Part shown: positions 33,657 through 43,776 of the stretch, one piece after another | Numbering within the stretch: position 1 is the stretch's first letter | Layout of the letters: every line of letters starts with the position of its first letter | NCBI GenBank assembly: GCA_964575695.1 | Contig: CAZNSC010000003.1 | Location: 1 to 56,818 of the forward strand | Source: an uncultured Dehalococcoidales bacterium | GTDB lineage: Bacteria > Chloroflexota > Dehalococcoidia > Dehalococcoidales > W111 | DNA length: 56,818 nucleotides | Reading direction: 5' to 3' | The notes under the pieces: model-generated | Told to the model about the DNA's origin: nothing | Database searches by the model: none | What the model saw: only the letters and a program-made list of their open reading frames with translations | Made by a program: the position numbers and the translations under genes

Positions 33657-35882
33657 ATGGCTGAAAAGACATGCCCAAACTGCAGTAAACCGTATCAAAC
33701 AGGGGACGAAATCTGCCAATACTGCGGCTTTGTCTTCCCTTTCTCAACCGTAATTCTACCGTCTGGGGCAGTCCTTAAAGGTAGATATGAAGTCCAACAA
33801 CTGATCCATTCCGGCGGAATGGGTTATGTCTACCTGGCTAAGGATAAGAATCTATTCGACCGGGCATGTATCGTGAAGCAGGTCAGAGAGCGTATCCACT
33901 CTGATGAGCACCGGAAGAAGCTGGAGGAAGAAGCCCTGAGGATGGCAAGATTAAATCACCCCAACGTGGCCATGATACTTGACCACTTCGTGGAACTGGG
34001 TTACTACTTCCTTGTGGTGGAACGAATTCATGGAAAAACATTAAGCGAAGTCTTCAAGGAGTGCCAGGGACAGCTTAGGGAAGGCGAGGTGGTTAGGTGG
34101 GCAATAGCCATCTGCGATGTAATTGCCTATATCCACAAGGAGGGGGTCATTCACCGGGACATCAGTCCAGATAACATCATGCTGACGGAAGAGGGTGCGA
34201 TCAAGTTCATTGATTTTGGCACGTTACGAGAGCTCCGGTATGTCGTTCCGGAAGGGACAGCCGGGATGGGGAAATATGGTTACACACCACCGGAACAATG
34301 GGAGGGAAGGCCTGAGCCTAGGTCGGATATCTTTGCGCTGGGAGCTACGCTATATTATCTACTCACCGGCTTTTTGCCGTTGTCAAAAACATATCGGACG
34401 GGACAGGCACCACAAAAAGAGGACTTCTACCCCAAGTTCCCTCCTATCAGGAACAAAAATCCCAATGTCTCTCCCAGCCTGGAAGCTATTTTACAAAAAG
34501 CTCTGCAATTAGATATCAATAGCCGGTATGTTTCTGCTATGGAAATGCGGCAGGCTTTCGTTAAGCTCGAGCAGGAGATAGCCAAATTTGAACCTAAAAC
34601 TAAAACAATAACCAGGAAGAAGAGACTAGGTAAATCCCGGAGGTATACAAAAGCAGCCATAATGACAATACCGGTTCTGGTTTTCATCGGGGTAGGGCTA
34701 TTCGTGCTCGTACACGGAAACCAGGATGTCCCACCACTGGAACCGCAAATTACCCCCTTAGCGGTTGGGGGACTGCCCATCACCGTCACTGAAGACTATA
34801 CCTTAACCCGGGACATCACTTTCAGGGGAGATGGATTCATCGTAGGTGCCGATAATATCACACTTGACCTGAATGGGCATACCATAACTGGCGAACCTCT
34901 CTCGGCTGATCGTGGCATCTTGGTCTCGGGTCGCAACGGCATAACCATCAAGAATGGCACCATCACTGGTTTTTCACAGGGAGTCCAGCTGGGTCATGCT
35001 GACAACAACGTAATCCAAGATATAATCTCACAGAATAATACAGCGAACGGTATTCATATTATTTCGGATTCAGACCATAATCTGATAGACGGTTGTACTT
35101 TCACAGGTAATGGTGATTGTGGAATTTCTATTGATGGTTCCGAGGGTGTCTTGCCATCAAAAAATAACACAGTTCAGAACTGCACCATATCTAATAATCC
35201 CGATGGTATAAATGCTTACTACTCTGTAGGTAATTCACTGGTTGGCAATACTATAAACAAATTCTCCGGCTCCGGCATATTTTTAAAATATTCTGAAAGT
35301 AATCACGTTTTGTTTAACCGAGTTTCGAATGACGGAGTCTCTATTGGCCAGGGAATTCATCTAGATGACACCTGCAGTTTTAACGTTATACAAGGCAATA
35401 ATATATCATCCTGCAATGTGGCGGGGATAATGAGTGATGGTATCGATTCAGAAGACAATCTGGTACAAGGCAATAATATATCAAACTGCGGTGGGGTTGG
35501 AATAGAGATTAATGGCACACAGAATGAAGTCCGGGATAACAATATCGAGAATACAAGCGGACCGGGTATTAGGATAAGGAGCAGCAATAATGAAGTTATA
35601 GGTAATACGGTCAGTTATTCGGCCAGAAATGGCATTGTACTATGGCCACCAGCCGCAGGCAATATGGTAAAAGAAAATCAAGTCTCATATAGTGGCTCTG
35701 ACGGTATCGCTGCTGCGGCAGGTTCCAATGGGGCGGCAACTGATAATACCATCATGAAGAATGAGGTAAATAAGAGTGTTGGCTATGATCTCATTGATTG
35801 GCACGCTCCAACACCCGCAAATACCTGGATAGATAATGTTTACACGACCTCAAACTTTGTAGACACAATTGCCAAGAGGTAA
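33657..35882 (+). CDS. Hanks-type Ser/Thr kinase: zinc ribbon, kinase domain, TM helix and extracellular beta-helix repeats
   Basis: CPNC..CQYCG, glycine loop SGGMGYVY, VKQ Lys, HRDISPDN, DFG, one TM helix, then PbH1-type repeats paralogous to 29278-30809. Confidence 0.9.
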   Translation: MAEKTCPNCSKPYQTGDEICQYCGFVFPFSTVILPSGAVLKGRYEVQQLIHSGGMGYVYLAKDKNLFDRACIVKQVRERIHSDEHRKKLEEEALRMARLNHPNVAMILDHFVELGYYFLVVERIHGKTLSEVFKECQGQLREGEVVRWAIAICDVIAYIHKEGVIHRDISPDNIMLTEEGAIKFIDFGTLRELRYVVPEGTAGMGKYGYTPPEQWEGRPEPRSDIFALGATLYYLLTGFLPLSKTYRTGQAPQKEDFYPKFPPIRNKNPNVSPSLEAILQKALQLDINSRYVSAMEMRQAFVKLEQEIAKFEPKTKTITRKKRLGKSRRYTKAAIMTIPVLVFIGVGLFVLVHGNQDVPPLEPQITPLAVGGLPITVTEDYTLTRDITFRGDGFIVGADNITLDLNGHTITGEPLSADRGILVSGRNGITIKNGTITGFSQGVQLGHADNNVIQDIISQNNTANGIHIISDSDHNLIDGCTFTGNGDCGISIDGSEGVLPSKNNTVQNCTISNNPDGINAYYSVGNSLVGNTINKFSGSGIFLKYSESNHVLFNRVSNDGVSIGQGIHLDDTCSFNVIQGNNISSCNVAGIMSDGIDSEDNLVQGNNISNCGGVGIEINGTQNEVRDNNIENTSGPGIRIRSSNNEVIGNTVSYSARNGIVLWPPAAGNMVKENQVSYSGSDGIAAAAGSNGAATDNTIMKNEVNKSVGYDLIDWHAPTPANTWIDNVYTTSNFVDTIAKR

Positions 35883-35884
35883 TT

Positions 35885-36817
35885 ATGAACCGAATACTGA
35901 CCGCTGCACTGGTACTTATACTAACCACATTATTGTTCATGGCGGCTTGTGCAGCACCGCCACCACGGTCAGCTAGTCCGAAACGGGCACAAGGCCAAGC
36001 TTTCATTATGGTCATTGAAAGAGTTCAAGGCCTGGCCCAGACGTATGAGGCAAAAGAATATGTAGCACTACTCTTTCCTCCCCTTTCCGGAGAGAGTGAA
36101 TATGATGAGGAACTAAGGGCATGGGTAATAACAATAACAGCTTTTCCACCTGAGGCACGTGAAGGGTTTGTAAGGGCACTGTGGTACAACGGTGATGTCG
36201 ATGAGCATTTCTCGTCACTCAAAGAACCTGAGTGGGTAGTATACGATTATGGCAGGATTGTACCTATGGGTGGGGCATTCATGATAGAAGCTGACATAGA
36301 ACAGCTAAATATAGCTAAAATACTACCTGCCTCACCACCAACACCACAGCCAGCGCCAACACCGACGCCTATCCCAGCTCCGACACCAGTACCAGCACCA
36401 GCTCCACCGAGGCCTACAATTACTGTTCATCTTCTTGCTGTCCTGCACTCCAGATACGATAGTATCGCTGACCTACCAGATAAGGCTAAAATAGGTACTA
36501 TATACGGCCAACAAGAACCACGGTTGAAAACAGCGTTAGCAACTTATGGGACTTCTTTCGAGCTTTTTATAATCCCCAGCCCTGAGTGGTATGAGGCATT
36601 GAAAAGGCCAGTAGATGCCGTGCTTGTTCCATCTCATCCTTCGCTTTATCTGCAGGAGTTTATTGCATCAGGTGAGGTACTACTTCTACCTTGGAGTAGC
36701 AAGGCAGTTACAGCGGTGATTGATGCATATCCAGAGACGACTATATTGGCTCGTCTACCCGCCAATACTTACGAAGGGCAAACAAAGAGTATCTTAGGTT
36801 ATGCGCCATCCAATTAG
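35885..36817 (+). CDS. Lipoprotein with Pro/Thr linker and C-terminal solute-binding-protein-like domain
   Basis: Lipobox LFMAAC and a PTPQPAPTPTPIPAPTP linker. The C-terminal domain (..LPANTYEGQTKSILGYA) is paralogous to the N-domain of 29278-30809. Confidence 0.8.
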   Translation: MNRILTAALVLILTTLLFMAACAAPPPRSASPKRAQGQAFIMVIERVQGLAQTYEAKEYVALLFPPLSGESEYDEELRAWVITITAFPPEAREGFVRALWYNGDVDEHFSSLKEPEWVVYDYGRIVPMGGAFMIEADIEQLNIAKILPASPPTPQPAPTPTPIPAPTPVPAPAPPRPTITVHLLAVLHSRYDSIADLPDKAKIGTIYGQQEPRLKTALATYGTSFELFIIPSPEWYEALKRPVDAVLVPSHPSLYLQEFIASGEVLLLPWSSKAVTAVIDAYPETTILARLPANTYEGQTKSILGYAPSN

Positions 36818-37360
36818 CCACTGACGCCACTCACCGCCAAGTTCGGCATAGGATAGGGGGTCTTTATCTTCTGGACAAGCTGAAATCACAGTCAACGCTT
36901 CCCCCTTTCAAGAGGGCAAGCGTTCAAGTCAGAGCTTCGCCATATTCAGTTTTTAAGGTGCTTTTTATGTTTTCAGCTTTATCATCCAACAATTAGTCAT
37001 AAGGTGAAATTTCAAGAACTAGCTTGTTTTAGAATAGGAGGAGAGGATTATGCAGGTAATAATATTGTGACATTTTAAGAACTACGGCGAGGTGAAGAAC
37101 TAGGTGGGGAGTCTCGCTATGCTACCGATAGATTTCTTGTTTCACCTCTGGGTAAGATGGAGCCAACAGGTTTCGGTGAGGTGCAGAAATAGCTGGGAAG
37201 CTTGAGACTGTCCCGCAAAATAGATTGCCTGCCGGCCCTCGATAGTCCCGATTTAGGAAATTGGGGTGTTATTGAGACAGCCCCGGAATAGGAGACAAGC
37301 GAGGGAGTGGGGATGCCGGCTCGTTACCGCGGAGCCTGAAAACGTACGAGGAGAGTGTAA

Positions 37361-38782
37361 ATGATCAAAAGTGTGGGCATCGACCTGGGAGGCATAGGAG
37401 AGCACAGGGTGAGATGTCTGGATGAAGAGGCGCAGATGTGTGACAGCTTTGGTTTCGATACTACGAGGGTAGGATTAGCGAAATTGGAGGAGCGTATTTT
37501 CAAAGACGGATCAAACCCTGTCATCGTCTTCGAGCCTACTGGTTTGGCCTGGCTTCTGGTGGCGGTTTATCTCAAGTCAAAGCATCCCGATTCTCGGCTG
37601 GTGAGAGTCCAGGCGCAGAAGGTGGTTGCCCTGCGAAGGTACCTGAACAGATCATCCAAGAGCGATAAGATTGATTCTCTCACCCTGGCCAAGATGCCCT
37701 TTATCGATCCGGAGAAGCTAGAGGAGATATACCTGCCACCGGGCAAAATCTACGCCATACAACGTTTTACCCGCCAGCGGAAGCGGCTGGAGAGTGAAAT
37801 TGCCGGGCATAAGAAAAGGATTGGGTCTATTGTGGACGGACATTACCCCGGGATAAGGAGCGCCTTCTCGGATCCCTGGTCAGCCCACGCCAGGGCTTTT
37901 CTTCGCTCCCGCTTGAATCCGTTAACCGTGGTCCGTGCCGGTGAAAACACTCTCTGCAGGTTTTTAATCAAGGCAAGGAAACACGGAAAGATCGAAGCAT
38001 CGGTGGAAAGCCATGGGGTCTATCTTGTATGTCGAGAGCTGGCATCTCTCTATAAGGCATCCAGCTTGGTTGAAACAATAGACGATGACTTCTTCTCATC
38101 TCTACAGGAAGAGATTTCCCGTGAAATGAAGCTCCTTGAGATAAAAGAGGCTGAGTCTGCGGCTATAGCCAAACGTCTCGAGAAATTATATCTTGAAATT
38201 CATCCCTCTGATAATCTGCGGACCATACCTGGCGTCGGTGACCATACCGCTCCCGTTTTTCTGGGAACGATAGGAGATCCGGCACGATTCAGGAGTCAAT
38301 CATCTTTTGCCAATTACTGTGGAATCGTGCCGGGTGCGAATCAATCGTCGGACTCGGAAGCCAAGGGTTTGAGAATGACTAAAGCTGGCCCGCCTATCAT
38401 GAGGTGGGCTTTGTTTCAGGCGGGCGGGATAAGTCGTGCTCATGATCCTCAGCTCGCCTGTGTCTATTATCGAGAGATGGTACATAACGGGAAGAATCAT
38501 ATGCAGGCCATGGGTGCCGTCATGAGTCACCTGTCGGCCAGAGTATTAGCAGTATTAAGAGAAGATAAGCCATACGAGATTCGAGATATTGATGGTAGGC
38601 CTGTTGGCCGCAAAGAAGCTAGGAAGATAATCCTGGAGAAATATATGGTGCCTGAAAATATACGCAGAGAGAGACGGCGGCGTAAGACTCCCGGTAGCCC
38701 GAGTCTGCACAAAAAGCTGAGGGAGATGTTAGTACCCAGGATACACGAGGCAGCCGAAACTCCTCAACCTGTGGTTACCTAA
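37361..38782 (+). mobile_element. IS110-family element (DEDD transposase ORF; element ends not determined)
   Basis: N-terminal VGIDLG.. DEDD domain. C-terminal IPGVGDHTAPVFLGTIGDPARFRSQSSFANYCGIVP is typical of IS110/IS116/IS902 transposases. Confidence 0.9.
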
Positions 38783-38981
38783 TCATCGCCCGAAAACAGT
38801 TTAGTTCAGAGCTTTGGAGGCGTCAATATTGAGTACTTGACTCATTAGGATATCTATTATGTCGTCCCTCCCTCCAGTGATAGAAGGGAAATAACAAATT
38901 GTGATAAAATACGCTCTGTGAACTCCCCAAAATTTTCCTTGGCATCCCTAAGTAAACGAAGGCGCGGCACGGTAAAGAAGA

Positions 38982-41900
38982 ATGCCCATGGGCAAATTGG
39001 ATACTAATGCAAACGCCAGCCAAAAACCAGGCAAACAGGCTATGAAGTCCGAGACACATGGTTTTCCTGTCGTCGGTATTGGCGCTTCGGCTGGCGGGTT
39101 AGAGGCATTAGAACAGTTATTCGGCAACATGCCGTCAGATAGTGGCATAGCCTTTGTCATCGTGCAACACCTCGACCCGAATACGCGCAGTTCAATGCCT
39201 GAAATCCTGTCCCGCTTTACGAAGATGCCGACACACGTAGCTTCAGATGGGTTGAAAGTGGAGCCAAATTCTATCTTCCTGATTCCGCCAAGCAAGAGCA
39301 TGAGTATACAGGATGGTATACTCTATCTTCATGAACCGGAGCAGTCTCCGGGACTCAGACTTCCCGTGGATTTCTTCTTCCGTTCTCTGGCTAAAGAAAA
39401 GGGGGCAGATTCGATCTGCATTATATTGTCAGGGACAGGGACTGACGGCACTCTTGGCGTTAAAGCAATTAAGGGAGAACAGGGAACGGCCTTCGTTCAG
39501 GATCCGGAATCGGCAAAGTACGACGGCATGCCGCGCAGCGCCATTGACACCGGGCTAGTCGACTTCGTACTCAAGCCAGGCGAGATACCAGAGAAGCTCG
39601 TGAAGTTTCTCAAGCACTCGGCTCTTAACGGAGCGAGGGTCGGCACGGCAAAAGAAGGTACGGAACCATTGCAGCGGATTTTCGCCATCCTGCGGACGAG
39701 GACCGGTCATGATTTTTCCCGCTACAAAGGGTCCACCGTACGCCGCCGCCTGGAGAGGCGGATGAGCGTCAATCAGATTAATGATATCTCCAAGTATGCC
39801 GATTTCCTGAAAGGCAACGAAGATGAGGTGAAAGCACTGATGAAGGATATGCTCATCAGTGTCACCAACTTCTTCCGCGACCCCGAGGCCTTCGAAGCCC
39901 TGAAGGTTCAATTGAAGGCGATATTGAAACAAAAGGCTCAGAATAGTGACCTGCGAGTTTGGGTAGCTGGCTGTGCCACAGGTGAGGAAGCCTACTCGGT
40001 GGCAATAGTCATCTCGGAATGCCAGGAAGAATTGAGAAAGCGTTTACAGGTCCAAGTATATGGCACGGATATCGATGTTGATGCGCTGCGCATAGCCCGG
40101 GCGGGTAATTACCCGGGTAACATTGTCGCTGATGTTACGCCTAAGCGCCTGAAAGACTTCTTTGTCAAACAAGACGGCACATACACCATGAAGAAGGAAA
40201 TACGAGAAAGAATGGTCTTTGCACCCCAGGATTTTATTAAAGACCCGCCATTCTCAAGGTTGGACTTGATCTGCTGCCGCAACCTTCTCATCTACCTGGA
40301 AAGCGATGTGCAGAAGCGGCTCTTGCCTCTCCTTCACTATGCTCTCAAGCCAAGCGGTGTCCTGTTCCTGGGAACTTCCGAAACTATAGGTGAGTCCGGA
40401 GACCTGTTCACCGTGCTGGACAAGAAGTGGAAGATATACCAGCGTCGTGAGGCGCTAGTAGCTGCCGACAGGCTGAAATTCCCTTCCGCTTTTACTCCAT
40501 CTTCCCGAGAGGCTGCGGGGGAGCCGGTTCGGGCTGTCACGGAAACCAGGATACCTGAGCTTACGGAAAAGATTTTCCTCGATAATTACGCGCCTACCTT
40601 TGCCGTTATCGATGATAAGTCCCGGCTGGTCTATGTCCGTGGTCGGACTGGAAAGTACCTGGAGATTGCCTCCGGACAGCCGAGCTTGAGCATCCTGGAA
40701 ATGGCGCGAGAAGGACTCAAAACAGAGCTTGGTTCAGCAATATACCGGGCAACCTCCGAGAAGAAAAAGATTGTCCACCAAGGAGTGCGTGTCAAACATA
40801 ACGGTGGTTTTCAGACGGTAAACCTCACTGTAGCGCCGCTCACCGAGCCCGGGATACCGCCTGGGTTAATGATCGTTGTATTCCAGGAACTGGAGCTTAT
40901 GGCCGGCGAAGCCAAGGCTAGGCCATCCGTGAGAGGTCGCAAACGCGTTACCGAACTGGAAGAGGAACTTCGTCTAACCAGAGAGAGCCTGCAGGCTACG
41001 GTCGAGGAACTGGAGGCGACCAATGAGGAGATGAAGTCAACTAATGGGGAGCTGCAATCCAACAACGAGGAGCTGCAGAGCACCAACGAGGAACTTGATA
41101 CGTCTCGAGAGGAGCTCCAATCGCTTAACGAAGAACTGAATACACTGAACGCCGAGCTTCAAGATAAGAATGAATTGCTGAGTAAAGCCAATGATGACCT
41201 GAACAACTTCGTCAATAGGACTGATATCGCCATCATCTTGCTCGATGACGAACTTAGAATCAGGAGCTACACGCCGGCAACCATTGACGTATTCAACATC
41301 AGGAATGTAGACATTGGTCGCCCTATCGATGAAATCACCTCTCGGCTGGCTTATGACAATATAGTGGACGATGCGCATGAGGTGCTCCGCACTCTCCAGC
41401 CCAAGGAAGTAGAAGTGCAGCGTAAGGACGGATACTGGTATAACGTGCGTATCTCGTCCTATCGCACAGCCCAAAACGTCGTCAGCGGCTTGGTGATGAG
41501 TCTTCTTGACATCAACGAGCAGAAGAAAGCCAGTGAGTCGCTGCGTGAAACCAGGGACTATCTGGATAACCTTATAAACTACGCCAATGCGCCAATAATC
41601 GTCTGGAATCTGGAATTGAAGATTACCCGCTTTAATCATGCATTTGGGCAGCTCACCGGTCGCAGCGCCGATGAAATGCTGGGCAAGAAAGTTGACATTC
41701 TTATCCCACCGGAAAAACGACGTGAGGCACTACAGAAAATAAATCGTACAACAACAAAAGGTCAGCGGTGGGACTCCGTCGAGATTCCAATTCAGCATGT
41801 CGACGGTTCCGTCCGAATCGTTCTCTGGAACTCGGCAACATTGTTCGATGCAGACGGCAGGACGCCCTTGGCTACTATTGCTCAAGGGCAAGATATCACT

Positions 41901-42584
41901 GAGCATAAGCATGAGATGAATATAAAAGACGAGTTCATCGGCATGGTCTCCCACGAGCTGCGAACGCCTCTGACAGTTGTTATGGGCGCCCTGAGTACTG
42001 CAAGGGACGAGCGGGCCTCTAAAGAAGAAAGAAAAGAGCTTATGGAAGCGGCAAGCTCAAGCGCCGAATCGCTGGCCAGTATATTGGACAACATGCTGGA
42101 GTTGTCAAGACACCAGGCCGGTCGCTTGGAGCTGGAGAAGAAATCTTGTAAAATTGCCGATATCGCCGAAAAGTCAATACAGAGAGTCGTCAGGAAATAT
42201 GACGGTCGCCAAATCACGCATTCTATCCCCGATGAAATTCCAGAAGTAGCTTGCGATTCTGTCAGGATTGAACAGGTCATTTATAACCTTCTTGAGAACG
42301 CTTTAAAATACTCTGCTGATGGTAGTGAGATTCGCATTTTCAGTCGACAGGACAAGGGAGCCATCGTTATAGGTATCAGCGACCGTGGAGCAGGTATTTC
42401 TCCCGAGGACCAACAAAAGCTTTTCGAACCCTTTTCGAGACTAAGTGAAGGCCGGACTAGCGGAGTCGGACTAGGTCTGGTGGTTTGCAAACGTCTGGTC
42501 GAAGCCCACGGTGGCCGCATCTGGGTTGAATCAAAGTTAGGTGAGGGCTCTACCTTCTTTTTTACCATCCCCCGAGATAAATGA
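38982..42584 (+). CDS. CheB-methylesterase / CheR-methyltransferase / coiled-coil / PAS-PAS / histidine kinase fusion
   Basis: GIGASAGGLEAL (CheB), FFRDPEAF and VAGCATGEEAYS (CheR), NEELQSTNEEL coiled coil, H-box SHELRTPL, G-box GVGLGLVVCK. Confidence 0.9.
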   Translation: MPMGKLDTNANASQKPGKQAMKSETHGFPVVGIGASAGGLEALEQLFGNMPSDSGIAFVIVQHLDPNTRSSMPEILSRFTKMPTHVASDGLKVEPNSIFLIPPSKSMSIQDGILYLHEPEQSPGLRLPVDFFFRSLAKEKGADSICIILSGTGTDGTLGVKAIKGEQGTAFVQDPESAKYDGMPRSAIDTGLVDFVLKPGEIPEKLVKFLKHSALNGARVGTAKEGTEPLQRIFAILRTRTGHDFSRYKGSTVRRRLERRMSVNQINDISKYADFLKGNEDEVKALMKDMLISVTNFFRDPEAFEALKVQLKAILKQKAQNSDLRVWVAGCATGEEAYSVAIVISECQEELRKRLQVQVYGTDIDVDALRIARAGNYPGNIVADVTPKRLKDFFVKQDGTYTMKKEIRERMVFAPQDFIKDPPFSRLDLICCRNLLIYLESDVQKRLLPLLHYALKPSGVLFLGTSETIGESGDLFTVLDKKWKIYQRREALVAADRLKFPSAFTPSSREAAGEPVRAVTETRIPELTEKIFLDNYAPTFAVIDDKSRLVYVRGRTGKYLEIASGQPSLSILEMAREGLKTELGSAIYRATSEKKKIVHQGVRVKHNGGFQTVNLTVAPLTEPGIPPGLMIVVFQELELMAGEAKARPSVRGRKRVTELEEELRLTRESLQATVEELEATNEEMKSTNGELQSNNEELQSTNEELDTSREELQSLNEELNTLNAELQDKNELLSKANDDLNNFVNRTDIAIILLDDELRIRSYTPATIDVFNIRNVDIGRPIDEITSRLAYDNIVDDAHEVLRTLQPKEVEVQRKDGYWYNVRISSYRTAQNVVSGLVMSLLDINEQKKASESLRETRDYLDNLINYANAPIIVWNLELKITRFNHAFGQLTGRSADEMLGKKVDILIPPEKRREALQKINRTTTKGQRWDSVEIPIQHVDGSVRIVLWNSATLFDADGRTPLATIAQGQDITEHKHEMNIKDEFIGMVSHELRTPLTVVMGALSTARDERASKEERKELMEAASSSAESLASILDNMLELSRHQAGRLELEKKSCKIADIAEKSIQRVVRKYDGRQITHSIPDEIPEVACDSVRIEQVIYNLLENALKYSADGSEIRIFSRQDKGAIVIGISDRGAGISPEDQQKLFEPFSRLSEGRTSGVGLGLVVCKRLVEAHGGRIWVESKLGEGSTFFFTIPRDK

Positions 42585-42685
42585 AAGGGGGACGAAAAGA
42601 CCGGAGGCTGGGAGACCCGGCGATTGCCGCCCGCAGCCAACACCGCAGTAAGTGGCGTCCAGTTCCGGAATGTGACTTTCATACG

Positions 42686-43201
42686 TTATGATACCCCTTT
42701 CCTAAGAAAGGGGCCGAGCTTGTTCACCAACCTTATTATCAATGTCATTACTAGTAGAAGCAAGACAAACGAAACAACAAAGGAAAGTAAAGCGAAGATA
42801 ACTGTAGGAAGGGGGGAAAACCAAAGAGGAGTGGTCTCCGCCCCGGCTACGGGTAAGTTCCAGGATGGGTGGGCTGCGTCAAAGGCAATCTCTATCTGGG
42901 ACCCGATATACAACTTGTCCCATGCCGCTTTGTTTATGAGCCAACCAGCGGTCAATTGTTCCCCATTAGGGGGAGAGAAAGTGTACCTAACCATATAGGA
43001 ATCACCCTCTTGGGGAGAGTGCAAAGTTGTCTTCTCGATGACGGTTCCGATTGCGCGAGAACCTTTACTCAGTAGTTCTGTCTCTGACAGAGACACTTGG
43101 CGCGTTTGAACTGCGAATGTCACACCAACAACTACAGAGATTATCGCCGGAACTAAGATTAGGATGGCTAGTGGCCACCACTGCCGGAATTCGACTTTCA
43201 T
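42686..43201 (-). CDS. DUF3592-like membrane protein
   Basis: N-terminal TM, a central beta-rich domain (GDSYMVRYTFSPPNGEQ) and C-terminal TM helices. Confidence 0.65.
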   Translation of the reverse strand: MKVEFRQWWPLAILILVPAIISVVVGVTFAVQTRQVSLSETELLSKGSRAIGTVIEKTTLHSPQEGDSYMVRYTFSPPNGEQLTAGWLINKAAWDKLYIGSQIEIAFDAAHPSWNLPVAGAETTPLWFSPLPTVIFALLSFVVSFVLLLLVMTLIIRLVNKLGPFLRKGVS

Positions 43202-43317
43202 ACGCTATGAGGCCCTTTTTTCTTCACGGCTGCTCACATTATATACGGCACGTGTCGCTGGTCACAAGTGTTCTCGGCGTATTATTAGCTGAATATTGTT
43301 GCTCAACAAAGAAGTAG

Positions 43318-43760
43318 TTTTCTGAGTCGGTTAAGAGGTACCAATTAGGTGGCTCTTTTAGGAAGTTCGTCTTAAACTTCGGTATAGCTAGGAGATTAGC
43401 TGAGGATTACAACAATCCCATAGTTGCTTCTACTGTTTACCGGTGGGTAATAGATTACACTGCGAAAGCTGTAAGTATGCTGGAGCGACTTGAGATTAAG
43501 GTATCTGATACTTGGGTAGTAGACGAAACGATGGTTAAGGTTACTGGGAATATGTGGTTCTGGGATATCATAGACGAAGGGACTCGCTTTCTGCTAGCTT
43601 CACACTTATCTAGAACTAGAGGCATGGCTGATGTTATGACCGTAATGAATCGAGCCAGGAAAAGAGCAGGTAAATCTCTAGGTTCATAATCTCCGATGCT
43701 TTAGGTGTCTATCCCGATGGTATAGAACGAATATTCGGTGCTGATGCTCAACCGTATCCG
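43318..43760 (+). pseudogene. IS6-like DDE transposase fragment (truncated and frameshifted)
   Basis: ..VYRWVIDYT..WVVDETMVKVTGNMWFWDIIDEGTRFLLASHLSRTR.. then a frameshift to ..IISDALGVYPDGIERIFG. There is no N-terminus and no third catalytic region. Confidence 0.6.
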
Positions 43761-43776
43761 TGTACGTCTTGCATTA

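Noticed and set aside
34150-34175. The kinase catalytic loop reads HRDISPDN instead of HRDxKPxN, which could suggest a pseudokinase.
   Set aside because: The glycine loop, the VKQ lysine, DFG and the PPE motif are all intact. I also recall this Ser variant from other bacterial Hanks kinases (from memory, not checked), so there is not enough evidence for inactivity.
41037-42280. Minus-strand ORFs 41037-41639 (200 aa) and 41882-42280 (132 aa).
   Set aside because: They lie antisense within the 1200-aa CheB-CheR-PAS-kinase gene and have no motifs.
42281-42682. 133-aa minus-strand ORF beginning MKVTFRNWTPL.
   Set aside because: Only the first ~12 codons resemble the neighbouring DUF3592 gene start. 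The rest runs antisense through the 3' end of the kinase gene. I treat it as a duplication scar rather than a gene.
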